Source: Hyphochytrium catenoides (Eukaryota; Protista; Hyphochytriomycota). Taken from it: a stretch of 64,000 nt of DNA. The notes below the pieces were generated by a model. It searched no databases and was not told the DNA's origin. It worked only from the letters and a program-made list of their open reading frames with translations. The stretch lies in NCBI GenBank assembly GCA_900088475.1, contig FLMG01003379.1:1-64000 (forward strand). Direction: 5' to 3'. The translations under genes were made by a program, and so were the position numbers. Of this stretch, positions 33,906 to 47,292 are shown piece after piece (positions within the stretch are counted from its first letter, which is position 1; every line of letters starts with the position of its first letter).

Positions 33906-36900
33906 CTATGCTACCTCTGCACTGATGGCACTCTGAGTGTCGTTCTCTGAGCTTGGTTCATCTTCTTGAGCTTCCGATGAGCGGGAAAGGTTAAGGAGAG
34001 CTTTTCTTTTCCACCTCCAAGCCTCTCCTTTCACCACTCCTAGCTCATAATGGAGTGAGAGGAGCTCCTTTCTTAAGGCTTTAACCTCTTTAGGAAGCTT
34101 CCGCTCTGCTTCTCCTTCACAGCTCATGTCTCCTAAGGTGCATTGCTGCCAAATCTTAAACCGTTTCCATAGCGCAGTTTTCTATAAACAAGTAGGAGAG
34201 GTTATAAGTCAGTACAGCCACTTAACGCTGTGGTTAAGCTCTAGAGGAGCCCTACCAATATAAGTCCTTACCGCCAAATGCCCCTCTCTCTCTCTTCATT
34301 TACTCGAATCTGCCGACTACCGAAGAATCTTCCTTGCCTCTTACCTGCACGCGTCGAGTGACATATAATAGCTTCTGTATGCCGCTGCTCTGGTCCATGA
34401 GCTTGTACCCAAGCTGCTGTGCAGCAGCGGCCCGCCGCCCCGCTGTCTCCATTCGCCAGTGACTCCAAGCCGCCCATTGACGCCGTCGCCAATAAGACCG
34501 GAGGCAGAGTCGCAGTAAAAGTCCTGGGAAGGAGGAAAAAAATTTTGTCACGACGCGGTGGGAAATGTCCTCTTTCTTCATCAAAGCCTCCTGTTGTGGG
34601 GCCTGGAACTGCTCTTGCCCTCATATGATACTTTTCCGCTGTCTCCCATGACTTTAGAGTCGATAGCAGTGTCTCTACCTGAGGACAATCTCTCAGCGTG
34701 GTTCCAAGCCACGGACATCACCTTGTCTGCGCGCGCCATGGCAGTAGCTTGAGTCCACGTTGACAGCGCCAGCAACAGTTTACGACGTTGGGCCTGTCTG
34801 TGAAAACCGATGAGCATGAAGCAAAAGAAGAGCCAGTGAGCTTGAGCGAAAAGAGAACCAAAGATGACATAGAGAGCGATCGTCAAGATGTGTTGTCGGT
34901 TAGCCGAACCACTAAAAGGAATCTTCAGCTCTATGGACAAGGGTGAAGGATATTGTTAGGTAGGAGAAGATCAGAAGGTACCCGGAGAGAGGCAGCATGG
35001 AAGCTCTTAGAAAGAGAAAAGCATACTTGGCGAGGGAGAGAAGAAGGCGGGCCCCTGTCTGCTGTCTCCAAAAGTTATAGGCAATCTCGTGCCTGCGGTT
35101 GCTGTCAACCAATGCCTCTTGCAGCTCCTCCGTGGTTGAGAACGAGAGATCCGTGGGTCCACAGCTCTCTTTTTTGCCTTGGGAACCCTCTCTCTGAAAA
35201 GCATCCGGTATCTCCCTCTCTAGTCCGTCTATTTCTTCCTTATGTAGCACTATCTCCTCCCGGTCCACCTCCGTGCTTCCATCCATATGGGTGCGAGAAA
35301 TATGAACAAGACCTTTCTTTGCTCTCTTCTGCTGCTCTAGGAGTCTCCTCGCGAGATTCGTGGCTCTCTCTTCCGCCAGTCGAACTCGCTCTTCAGCCTC
35401 TCTCCTCATCCTCTCCATCTCCTCCATGCTCTCTCGAGCCCACAATCTTCGAAGCTCAGCAAAGCGCGTTCTCATTACCCTCGCGGTCTTCTTCACCAGC
35501 TCCTCTTTTTCTCTCTTCTCGGTAGGAGAGATCATAGAGACGTCTTTCCCATGGTCGCCCTCGTCTTTCGCACTCTCCTCTTTTTCTATTACATCCAGAT
35601 CTATTGCTGGCAGGTCGATTGAGACGCTGGAGGGGCTATCCACGCCGTCTTGAGTTCCGTATATTTCCTGGAGCTCTAGGATCCTAAGCTCGCTTTCTCT
35701 TAGTTTCTTCGTTACCTCCATCCTCTCTTTCTTTTCCTGGGAAAGGAGCTCATCTCTCTCTCGCACCTTCTCTAAGAGGGCCTGCCATTCCGCTTCAGCT
35801 GCCTCAGCTCTGGAGCGTAACGAGTTAATGTGGGAAGTCCAGGCAGTGATCTTTATCGCGAGCTTTCTTTCAGCTATCAAATACTTCTCCTTGACCTAAG
35901 ATAATGATCAGGCCAATGTAAGATGATGAGAAGAGAGACAAGAACAAGGGAAGAAGTGGAATGAACGGACCATGAGATAGGAACCCGAAGGGATCCATCA
36001 AGACCGACTGTCAAAGGAGGCCATGGAAAGAGGTCGAAAGAGACTATCAAGTGTTTAGAGAATGGCCTACAAAGATAGCGAGGAGAGAGACGACTAAGAA
36101 CTGAGAGAAGAAATTATGGAGAGAATCGAGAATAGTGAAGAGGAGATAGTGAACAGCGTAGGCAGGTGCCTAGTCAACATGAAAGAGAGAAAAAGGAACA
36201 GAGCGCCGTACCAGCAGAAGCGTTTTTTGCAAGGTTTCACTCTTCTTCTCAGCATCTTCGACGCTTCTTTCTAGCACAAATCGCTCCTTTTCCTTCCTCC
36301 TGAGCTTCTCAAGCTCCCCCTGCAGCTCCCTTCTCTGCACCTCTAGCTCTCTGAGAGACCTTTCCATCATCCTCACAGTGAGCTCTTGATATTGAGCCCT
36401 CTCTAACAGAGAATTCCTCGCCCTTAGCTCCTCCCTTTCGCTGCTCAAGTTTCTATTCTCTTCTTCTAGCTCTCTGCACCGTAGCTCTAAGGACGTGAGA
36501 GCTGTGGATTGCCTGAGAAAAACAGACGACGATTGTTCAAGAAGCGAGTCTCTCTCTCGCACGACGGTCTCATGCTGCCCCGAAAGCCTCTCTAATGTGT
36601 GGTAGAGAGAGGCCTTCTGTCTCTCTTCTGCCTCCCTTGACGTAAGAAGAGCTGCAATCTGCTTACTCAACTCCTCTCGTGAAAGGAGAAGTGCGCTCCT
36701 CTCTTTCTCCCCTTCATCCAGCTCAGCGAAGGTGTCTCTGAGAGTTACTTGCAAGATCTCTATTCTCTTCAAAAGGGAAAGGCGATCTTCATAGTCTGAA
36801 GGCGGGGACATCAACCTTGAGTAGCGCTCGGAGTATCGACTCATTGCATTTTTTTTCTCTTCTCCAGTGGACTCTTTACCTCTCCTCGTCCTAAGGCTAT

Positions 36901-38547
36901 TGTGCACGCCATTTTGAGAGAAAGAGAAACCCCTTAGCCATGAACTAGGAGAGAGAGGATTCAGCTCATCCTCATACAGATATGGTGACTCCTGTCCCTC
37001 ATCCTCTCCCGTTTCCCGTTTCTCATTCACAACTAGTTGAACAGCGTCTCTAATTATCTCTTCTTGACCTCCGCTAAGTTTGCTTTGAGATTCAGGAGAA
37101 GCGGTGTCGCTTCCCGTCTCTACCGTAGACGACAAAGTTGCCCTAGACCTCTCCTTCACTTGATCCAAGAATACTCCGTAGGCAGACTCTGGGTCGGGAG
37201 CAGAAACAGAGGAGGAAGATGTCACCAGGTGAGAAACGGACGAAAGCTTTTCTAGAGATCGCGCGACGATAATTGTAGGAGACAGAGGACCTGAAGCTAA
37301 AGAAGAGTGAGGAGCAGAAGATCCGGTAGCTTGTAGGCCATCAGATGGAGGACGTGGCGCTGAGATGTCCAGCACGGCGATTGAGGAGTTCTTTTCTTCC
37401 CCTTTGGAGACGGGAGCTTCCTTCCCTTTCTGCTGCTCTATTTCCAAGATCTCCTCCAGTGGGGTGGCAATTGACGGAGGGCGCCCATCTCCACTCTTCT
37501 GCTTTGAAGTTTCCAGTACCTGGACAGCATCATCGGTGTCTCCACCCGTCTTATTCCTCTCCAGAGAAGTGCTATCCTTCTCCTTACCATCGCTGCATCT
37601 GGAAAGTACGATGGAGGTTTGACTGGGGTCTTGCCTGGCTTCAATGCTTCCCCTTCTCTCCTCCGCTTTCGCCTTCCGCTCACACTTTGGCTTTCCTGCA
37701 ACGCTTACATGCTTCACTTTTGCCCTCCTAAAGACTGATACCTTCGGACTTGAAGCTATCCCAGCTGCCTTCTGTTCTCCCTCAGCTTTGGATATACTCC
37801 TCCGCCGTAGGAGGGGAGACGGGCTCCTCCGGCGGAGAGGGGACGGGCTTCGTCGCCCCCTCGCTCGCCTTGGACTAACGCGGGCAGATTTTCGCGGCCC
37901 CTTAGCTTGAGAGCGGACTGATGCTTTACCCTTGGCACTATCCTCCTTCTTCTGTGTAGGAGACATCTTACGAGGAGATCGACTCTCAGTGTCCTTTCTT
38001 GTCACGCTTATGAGAGTTGGAATGGAGCTTTGTCGTCGTTGTCTGGGTCCCTTATTGCCCAAGGGAAGGGCTTCTGAGAGCTTGACGGTATCATTCGACG
38101 AGACCGAGGGTTTCATGTCTTCTGCAGCAGACGAGAGGGACAGAGGGGCCAGATGATCCACAGGGCGTGCCATAGGCCCACCCTGTGCGTGGAGAGGTAA
38201 GTTAGGGCAGATAGCCTCTAACTCCCCGTTTCGAACTGTCCTACTCCTTTCGCCATTGCTCTTTTGTTCGTCCACTGCTCTTCAGATTGTTCTTCCTGCA
38301 GTCCCATACCTCCTGTCACTGTAACCAAAAGAATCACCTACACACAGCAGTGAGAAGTGACCGCCATTTCCCAAATGTCCAATGCACCAGTCATAGAGGC
38401 TTCCTAGAGAGCTACATAGACGTAAATGGTGGACCATAAGCTCGTCAAGAACGAGCCCAAGCCATGAAGGTGATGGCTCCATGAGCTAACCGCATTCACA
38501 GGCTCCATGAGCTAACCGCATTCAGAGGACAAGTCGACCATCGACAT
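33906..38547 (-). CDS. Large low-complexity/coiled-coil protein of unknown function, multi-exon
   Basis: Main exons 38274-36212 and 35895-~35027 are E/R/L heptad-rich, with RRSPSP repeats at the N-terminus. Inferred short first exon MSMVDLSSEC (38547-38517). Confidence 0.7.
38475..38526. repeat. 26-bp tandem duplication spanning a putative splice donor
   Basis: GGCTCCATGAGCTAACCGCATTCA(C/G)A x2. Confidence 0.9.
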
Positions 38548-39144
38548 GTACAGTGTTGATGATAGGACTGGCAGGACAGCACGCATCGCGCAGAAAAGCA
38601 GCCAGGAGAGCTGAAACATGGGCTAGAGAGGGGGAGAACGGCACTGATTCACGTGCCATGGCAAGAAGTGCAGGCAAGGCCTGAGCCAGAGGTAGAATGA
38701 ACGGACAGAGGCGAGGGTAACACCTCCCACAACCCCAAGGCCGTTATTCATCCCCCTCAGTAATCATATCCTGATTACCAGGCCAGGCTATCCGTTAGCG
38801 GTCAAGAACAAGAAGCAAGGGAATGTCAGTGTTTTTGAGGTTTCATGATAAGCTTTCTGCAGATTTTGCAGATTCTTTCTGATCTCTGCGCCAAAGAGAA
38901 CGTCAGTTTAGCTGAGGAGTATAGCTGATACAGAAGCGTCATTCTCCTATCCCTTGACGCGAAAGAGAAGAGGCATGAAGGTAAATAAGTTTTTGTGCCT
39001 CCTGTAAGGTTGGTTCAATGGGTCCGTGAAAGCTCACAAACGATGGTCGGGAGAAAGATGTCAACTGCGTAAGGGGAGCTGCTTTGGGTGGATGTAAAGA
39101 GAGGGTTCAGGGTCCACAAAGTGAAAGCGGACCCGCATTGCGCC

Positions 39145-40062
39145 ATGGATCTCATGGAAGCAGCCTTGCCAGTAGGGCTCGAACTCACCGAGCAGGATGT
39201 GTGGGAAAGGATTGCCTCCGGTGAGCCGCCAGCATCGGCTGAGGAATACCTAATGCGGGTGAGGCTAGAGGCCCAAGCCTTGCCTGAGATTGTGACAGCG
39301 AAAGTTGACGCCAAACAGCTCAATGCCACTAACCAGGTATGCCTTTCAAGCAGGTCTGGCGGTTCATAGGGTAAATGCTGTCTAGATGGAAATAGACTAT
39401 GAGCTTCCAAGTCTTACAGTTCTTTACCCATATGACAGACCATATTCGTCCCGAAGGAGCAGGCTCCCACAGTTTGTGCAAAGGAAGTTCTTCCCACTGA
39501 GCATTGGGAAGAAGAGCTCCTCGCAGACTTTGCAGAGCTTCGCCAGACACTGACTTATTGGGATACAGTTAGCCCAGTTGAGAGAGAAGACAGGGAGGAG
39601 GTGCCTGGCATGAGGGATGAAGAGTCCTGGCACAAATTCTTCTTTGGCTACTCTATTCGTCAAGCTCGAGAAGACGAGGCGCCGCAGTCCAACGCTACTT
39701 CTTCAACTAGGGCGGGTGAACAAGAGGTCCACCCAGAGTGTGAAAGACGCGGCGTTCCGCCACGCCTGAAGCTTTTATTGCAGTTTGACCAGATCTTAAC
39801 GCGCTCGCTGCTAACGTATCACGTGGAATGGCTACAAGAACTTCAATTTCTGTCGACGGCTAGAGCTGTTTGGATATACAGCTTATTGGCGAGAGTAGAC
39901 CGCCCCCTGATTCCAGACACGGCTGCCTGTCTACGAAAGGGGCTGAGAAAGTGTCTGGCATTGAGGGCGGTAATAATCGACCCGGAAAGCACTCAGCTAG
40001 CCGCCCTCAATGTATTGATCTCTATTATAGGCAGGTACTTTAGGCAGGGAGATGACTTCTAA
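39145..40062 (+). CDS. GEMIN2: Gem-associated protein 2 (SMN complex); exons 39145-39336, 39439-40062
   Basis: PPASAEEYLMRVRLEA..PEIV, WEEELLADFAELRQ, WIYSLLARVDRPL, LNVLISIIGRYFRQGD. Confidence 0.9.
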
Positions 40063-40466
40063 TCGGCATTCGGTTGTCAGGCGGAACTGACTGGTGTAAC
40101 GAGAGACAAGGAGCCCCCAAACATGCTGCCCCGCTTGCATTATCCCTCTCAGGCGGACATGCATGCTGCTATGATGCCGCTGTCACCATACCCGAGAAGC
40201 AATAGCAAGGAGTGGTCCTGACAGTACAATGAAAGGGATAAACCTCCGAAGCTGCCAAAAGCTTGTAATGGGTTGGTTGAGCCCACTCGCAGTGGCGATC
40301 CTCAAGAGCAACGGAGAAGGCAAGGGCATCGTGGGTCCTGGACTCGGCAGATGTACGATAAAGGGGACGAATCGACAAAAAGGGGAAGACATGGGAGGGC
40401 CAGTGGGAGAGTGTTGCCTTCAATAGAGTAATAAATAAAGTAAATCATCGCGCTGCTCCATTGCAG

Positions 40467-41240
40467 CTACGCTATCTCCTCTTCCAGCTCAAGCTCCTCT
40501 TCTACCTCCCGCTCTATCCGTCTCTCTATGCTCGCTTTCTGTCTTTCGGTGTCACGTTCGTATTCTACCTCCTCTTGTGCCTCTTCTTCTATGAAAATAG
40601 CTTGCATCCCTTCGTTCTCTCGCCCCTGGTCCTCCGAAAGCTCCTTACTTTCTTCCTTCCTCCTGAGGTGCTCTACCTCTTCCCAAAGTTCTACAACCTG
40701 GGCATTGTTTCTTGACCTTTGTGACAAGGACATGTCGGCCATTGCCATAGAGAGTCCATCTTCATAGTCTGCTGCCGTTGCTTGGGGCGGCAGGGATACT
40801 GATAGCGACCCAAATACTAAGCCACAGTCGGTACACACCACTTCGCCGTCAATGTAAGTCAGTTTGTCTTCGACATGGAGACAATTAAGATCTCTACAGA
40901 GCGGATTGAGTATCTCCTGTCCTTCGGTGTTGTTGCTAGCTCGGGCATAGTCCATTGCTGTCTTCTTCTTCCAGTTCTTCAGGCTTATGTCGCTCCCCAG
41001 CTTCAGTAAAACCTTCAGTTCATCCGTCCTCGTTGGGTACCGCGCAGCCGCCATCAGGGGTGTGGCCCCATCTGCCTTCCTCTGTACATTGACATTCTCC
41101 ATTCCAACATTCTCCCATAGGAGACGAAAATCATCGCGCATCATAGCGTTCCAAATCGCTTCATCCATAGTATCATCCGCCACCTGGGGCTTGGACGCCT
41201 CATCGTCCTGCTCCTCTAACCTCTTTCGCTGCCGCATCAT
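40467..41240 (-). CDS. Ankyrin-repeat + TFIIB-type Zn-ribbon + acidic coiled-coil protein (5' end uncertain)
   Basis: DGATPLMAAA..LLKLGSDISLKNWKKKTAMDYA, then CRDLNC..DGEVVCTDCGLVFG, then an E-rich tail. Confidence 0.65.
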   Translation of the reverse strand: MMRQRKRLEEQDDEASKPQVADDTMDEAIWNAMMRDDFRLLWENVGMENVNVQRKADGATPLMAAARYPTRTDELKVLLKLGSDISLKNWKKKTAMDYARASNNTEGQEILNPLCRDLNCLHVEDKLTYIDGEVVCTDCGLVFGSLSVSLPPQATAADYEDGLSMAMADMSLSQRSRNNAQVVELWEEVEHLRRKEESKELSEDQGRENEGMQAIFIEEEAQEEVEYERDTERQKASIERRIEREVEEELELEEEIA

Positions 41241-41705
41241 CTCCCCTGTCAACAGCGATTGGTTGTGACAGCCAGATAGACCCACAGGAACTCCTCTTAG
41301 AGTCCACTGCTGCCCTGCTCCTTCTGCGCCTCAACTGGAAGATGTTACAGTCTCGCAGTTAAGCTCTAATAAGAGCTCCAAATATCCTCTTTATCTTCGT
41401 CGTTGCCATCGTCCATCGTCCATGCTTCCCATCATCCTGGGCGGGAGGTCCAGACTCAGACTTCCGATCTGGCCTATCGACCCGCGTTGCCCTCAGGAAT
41501 AAAGCAAACATAAATAGATGTTATTCGGTAATAAGGCTATTTCGGTGGGGGATACATTGAAGAACGAAGTTCTCGTGGTGGAATTAGCAATTCTTGTAAC
41601 TGCATAACCCGTGAAGTTCGTCAGCACATTTTCCTGTCAAGTCGCATCGTCGGCTTCGTCGGACGTGAGACCTGCTCTCCAATACCGACCTTGCGGCACA
41701 GCTAG

Positions 41706-44700
41706 ATGGTTATCGCATCCGAGAAGCTCCATGAAGATCTGCAGCAGCAGGTAGGAGAAGCCGAGGCCACTGGTCAGCTTTTGTCAGTGTAGAGCTCCGG
41801 CAGGTACTCCATTACATATTATTGAGTCGTCGGCGGAGGACTTCCCTGTCACGTGAAAATTGGCGTGGGATGCAGAACATCAACGTCCCAAGCGAGCTGG
41901 TAAGACTGGCCAGGGCATTTCTTGCAATGCGCTGCACTGAAAGCGTGTTATGACAAACCTCTGCTTGTCTGCTGAACAGCCTTTGCTTCCAATAAAGGGA
42001 AGGGTCCTCTTCCCTGGGGGTCTGATCAGACTCTCAATAGGTGGGTTCGGGGACAGTTTGCTCCAATCTCCGTTTCATGACTGATTCCGCCTTGCAGGCC
42101 GATCGAAGTCAGTAAAGCTTGTGGAATCATCTATATGGGAAAACTATCAGCGAAGGAAAGTATCATTAGTAGGTAAGGAAACCTAATGCAGCAGCCAGAT
42201 ACACTCTCTCTTGGGTGGATGCTGAAAAGAAACCTGTGAAACAGCAATCTTCACTAAGAGGGAGGATTCGCATGAGCAGAATGATGGCTCTCAGCTTAAT
42301 ATACCAAAGCCAGCGACCGTTACGATTGACAGTGGCACCACAGCAGTCTATGCGGTCGGTACTGCAGGCCGCGTAGTCCAGGTAATTGACAACTAGACAT
42401 CGAAGCAACAGAAGGTAGTAGATGTCGGAAGGCAAGGGTGTGTTCGGCATAAGAGGTACAAAGCTATCAAGAGGAGCTAGGGTAAGCGGAACCAGGGGCA
42501 GATAATCTCCAGCACAGGACTTGTTTGAGGGCAGGCGTTCTTCACGCACCATATCATGTTATATGGACTTTCTCATTGGTCTTTCTCTGCTGCCTTTATG
42601 TCTTATAGCTTTCTCGGACATCGGGGGACCAAGGTTTCCACTTCTCAATATTGGTAGAGGGTATCAGCCGTATCAAGCTCCTCAGTACCGTCCAGCAAGA
42701 GCCGTACCACATTGTTAAGGTGTCTAGGATCAAGGATACACTGCCCTCCAACTCTGTTCACATCAAAGCCCTAACGCTTAGTCTTCGGGACAGTGTGAAA
42801 TCTTTGCTGGACGCAGCCAAGGTCTGTTAGTCTTCTTCTCACCTTAGGGTCCAACTTCACTAAGTTTAGCGTCCTCCTGCACATCGAAAGTTGGCCTCAT
42901 ATATATATCCCCATTAGCGCTACCGTGGCTAGACTTCATTGCCCTTCTTAGCACTCACCAATTATCGGCGGCATGCATCCGCGCCTTCTATTGTCTCATT
43001 TAATGTGTCCCCCATCTCCCCCTGCAGACCAAGAATACTCAGATTGTCAGCCGCACCAAGGATATTCTTGATGCGATTGGCAAATCTTCACCAGGGGAGC
43101 TGACAGACCTGCTCGTTTCCAACCTGGACCTGTCAGTGGAGGAGAAGCAGGCAGTTCTGGAGTCGTCAGATCTCGGAAAGAAGATTGAACTTGCTCTAAG
43201 GTTGATCCAGGCGCAAATTGAAGTTCTTAGTGTGTCCAACAAGATCCAGACTCAGATCCAGGGTCAGATAAATGACACCAGAAAGGAATACTTCTTGAGA
43301 CAACAGCTGAAGGTAAATCAAGGAGATGGAGGAATATGAAAAGGGAGAAGAAGAGAGAATGGATCTGAGCACTAGGGTTCGTAAGTGGACTATACGTTTA
43401 TCACAGCGAGGTAGGAAGTGCTCTCAGGCTCTCTATGTCCGGTTAGGCCATCAAAGAAGAGCTGGGAGAAGGAGCGGTTGAGAATGAGGACGACGACGTA
43501 TCAAGGCTGGAAGAGAAGCTAGAGCGCTGTGGCCTGCCTAGTGATGTCAACAAAGTCACAACCAAGGAGCTACGTAGATTGCGCTCTATGCAGGTAAAAT
43601 CCAGCTTGGAAGAGGAGCCTTGTTTCTATGCGTCCCGACCCTCTCATTGTCGCGTTATCGTTCGCTTAGCCAGCACAGCCAGAGTACAATGTAATTCGCA
43701 CATACTTGGAGTGGATCTCCGATTTGCCATGGAGTTGCGAAAGTAGAGACCTGCTAGACATGGAGCGCGTACAGAGCCAGCTCGACCACGATCACTACGG
43801 TCTAGAGAAGGTAACAATTCGAACCCCTAGAGGGCAAGACGCGAGACGACTCCCAGTTTAGGGAATCGTGGTCTACGTGGAGGATGCGGTGCCATACCTA
43901 TTTGGGTGGAACAGGATGGCATAGTGATCCTCCAATCGTCATATCGCTTTGACACTCGTTTCACAATTCTCCTTCTTCTTACCAAAAGGTAAAGCAGCGG
44001 ATCGTCGAGTACATCGCGGTTCGCCGCCTAACGGCATCAATGAAAGGCCCGATCCTCTGCCTGGTGGGACCACCAGGTGTGGGAAAGACCTCGTTAGGAA
44101 AGTCTATTGCCACAGCTATCGGGAGGAATTTTCAGGTACAGTTCAAACTTGATCTCAATCTAGGCACGTTCTCTTCTTCCGCACTATCATGCTATTGGAG
44201 GACTCTCGTCTTTTGTCTTTTACACTATGGTACTTGAAAATGATCAGAGAACGTTGAGACTTGGTTTGTGTCACTAGAGGACTCCTTTCTCCTTATTATG
44301 TACTTGTACGTACGCCTGCAAAAACTAGACATCTGCTGAATGAGCTTTGTTGTAGAGGATCTCGCTGGGAGGAGTGCACGATGAATCAGAGATCAGAGGC
44401 CATCGACGGACTTATGTCGGCGCGCTGCCCGGAAAGATTCTTCACGCGTTGAAGCGTGCTGGAAGCAAGAACCCTGTCTTGCTCCTAGATGAAGTAGGCC
44501 TCCTGCCCTCTGACTTTGACCTTTATGCAGGGTAGTGACGTCGTCCCGGCATGGCCTCCAACACGATCAATATTCTCATACTCAGTAGCCCACTTCCGTC
44601 CCTAGAAGTCCCATTAATCTTCAGCTGAACTGTGGGTCCTAATGTACCTGTTTCATATGGCAGATTGACAAGGTCTCGTCCGGTGGTCGGGGTGATCCTT

Positions 44701-47292
44701 CGTCTGCTCTACTGGAGGTGCTTGACCCATCACAGAACGACACCTTCTCGGATCACTACCTAGCCCTTCCATTCGACCTCTCACGCGTGATGTTTATAGC
44801 CACGGCAAATACTCTGGACACTATACATCCCGCGCTGTTGGATAGGTGAGAATGCGTTTAGATCCGATTTTGATGTCATGACGGACTCAGCCGTCTTTCG
44901 GATGGCTCATCGGTATATTGCTATGGATGACTTTAGAACGTTTAGATGGTCTGGGTTCCTGCTTTTGGTGATCAAGTCTAGTAATCTTCTCTTGCCATTG
45001 CGGACCACTTGTCTCTTCTCTCTTTACCCTTAGATATCGTCATGAGGGTCCTCCGCCTGCGTCGGACGCTATCTGCTTGGCGTGGACTTCCTCTCCTCTG
45101 CTAACCTTCCTCTTGGCTTTATAAACAGAATGGAAGTGATAAATATTCCAGGCTACACAATGGACGAGAAGGTCAACATTGCCCGGAAATATCTTCTGCC
45201 AAGACAGGTCAAGCTAAATGGGCTTAGGGAAGAGGAGTTGGAGATGGATGATAACTGCATCCGCCTCCTCATCTCAAGGTGGTCATTAACCTCAAGCAGT
45301 CCTGAGTTCAACTTGTTGTTACATTCTCATTTAGCCGTAAAGGTCTGAGAGTTCTTGGACTTAAAAAGTGTGCAAGGGTTGACGACACTTGTTTGCTCTT
45401 ACGGCCCGTCCGCCTAGTTACACGCGAGAGGCTGGAGTTAGAAATCTTGAAAGGGAAATAGCTGCCATATGCCGATATGCAGCGGTTAAAGTGGTAGAGA
45501 AGCTTCCGCAGCCCTTCTCGGCCGAACCAGGTAACCAGTACCACCTCTGAGCTTTGGTTCCTAGGTTTAGCCTATCTGTAGCCGGCCTTTGGATTTTCCC
45601 AAAGCTCTGGCATCTGCTGGTATCCTCCTCTGGTCTCAATTCTAGATGGCTAAGGCACTGAGCAGGTGTTGTTGAGGCCAAAGCCACCGAAAGTAAAGTG
45701 CCAGAGGAGATCGAGACCAAGGACAAATGCAGGTAGGGATCAAGAAGATGAAGGGGGAAGAGGACGTATTATTGAATGAAAAGGGAGGTAGAGTTTGAGG
45801 AAGCGCTCAGGCACGGGCCCTAGTCAAAGAGAGAGATGTGTCCAATCAATGAGAGTTTAACTAACTTCCACCAACTACACTATAGCCCTCATCCGGCTCA
45901 GGATAGAGAATTTCAGTTCCGCACGGTAGTAGACAAGGCACTCATGGAGGAGATTCTAGGCTCGGAGAGATATACAGGAGAAGTGGCGCTCAGGGTGGCC
46001 ACTCCAGGGGTAAGATTTACTTTACGAGTAATGGGCAGAGATAAACAAGAATAGCAGGAAGGGGCTTGAGAAGGGCTGTGAAGAGGTCGCGGAGCAAGGG
46101 AATTGCGTCTTCTTGCACGGATGAATGGGAGGTTTTGGCGGTAGGATGCAGTGTCATCAGGTGTCTCTGAGAGCGTAACGAGGTTGCGAACGACCTGTTA
46201 GTGAGTGATAGGTGTTTCAGATGAATAATGAGAGGCTAACTGCCGGATAGAGGCCTAGAGGTTCAAGACTGAACGTTTTCGAATAGGTTGCTACAGGTCT
46301 AGCATGGACCCCTACCGGGGGAGAGATCCTCTTCGTTGAAGCTACCCGAATGGCAGGCAGCGGCCAGTTGAAGTTAACAGGGAAGCTGGGCGAGGTGATG
46401 AAGGAGTCCGCAAATCTGGTGCTGAGTTGGATCAGGTAGGCATTGTTAAGGTACCTGATTGCCTCGTGTTAGCCTTATCCTAAAGTACTCTTCTTGCTTG
46501 TATAGGAGCAATCCCAAATTGATAGCTCTTGCAATGGGGCTGGAGAGCGACGATGTGAATCCTTTTGACTACGACTCGCACTTTGACCTTCACCTACATT
46601 TTCCAGCGGGGGCAGTCCCTAAAGATGGGCCGAGTGCAGGATTGGCCATTGTGATGGCACTTCTTTCGCTGCTCTCTTCCATCTCGGTGCCAGGAGATGT
46701 CGCTATGACAGGAGAAGTATCACTTCGAGGCCTAGTATTACCCGTTGGAGGTGAGTTGGCCTTTAACACCTCCATTTATGACTAGACCACTGAATGCCAG
46801 TGCAAGTCCAGAAGCACCTATCCTGGTGCTGCTCTTTTTGCCTGTTGACTACTATTTGCTCATAGTGTCTTTCTCCCACAGGTATCAAAGAAAAAGTTTT
46901 GGGTGCGCATAGGGCAGGGATCAAGCGGGTGGTGCTCCCTAGAAGGAATAACCGAGATGTGACGGATTTGCCGAAAGAGATAAGGAAAGATATCGAGTTT
47001 GTCCTCGTGTCCAATGTAAGCAAACTAAAAGAGTTTATGACACCTCTATAGAGGCCGCCGGAGGTTGGATAACAAATGGACTTAGGGGTACTGAACTCTT
47101 GCAATGCGTTCAATGGATTTACGTACACGTCTGTCACACTTTGTTTCCCATCTGCTGGGCAGTCGCATTGCCTCAGTCCTGATGTTTTATTTTGCTTCAA
47201 CGCTTAATATAGGTCTTCGAGGCCATAAGCGCAGTCTTTGCGGGAAAGACTGTTGTACCTGAGTTTCCTTCAAATCCAAAGGATGGACCAGG
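41706..47292 (+). CDS. LONP2: Lon protease (LonA type, LONP2/peroxisomal-like), many exons; final exon unresolved
   Basis: [30 protein letters not shown], Walker [10 protein letters not shown], Walker B LLDE|IDK, catalytic PKDGPSAG and GG|IKEK. Short N-terminus with no obvious mitochondrial presequence. Confidence 0.88.

Noticed and set aside
22856-40062. Functional clustering of snRNP genes (PRP39, GEMIN2) or cell-cycle genes (RRM2, CDC20)
   Set aside because: They are separated by unrelated genes, which is compatible with chance in a gene-dense genome.
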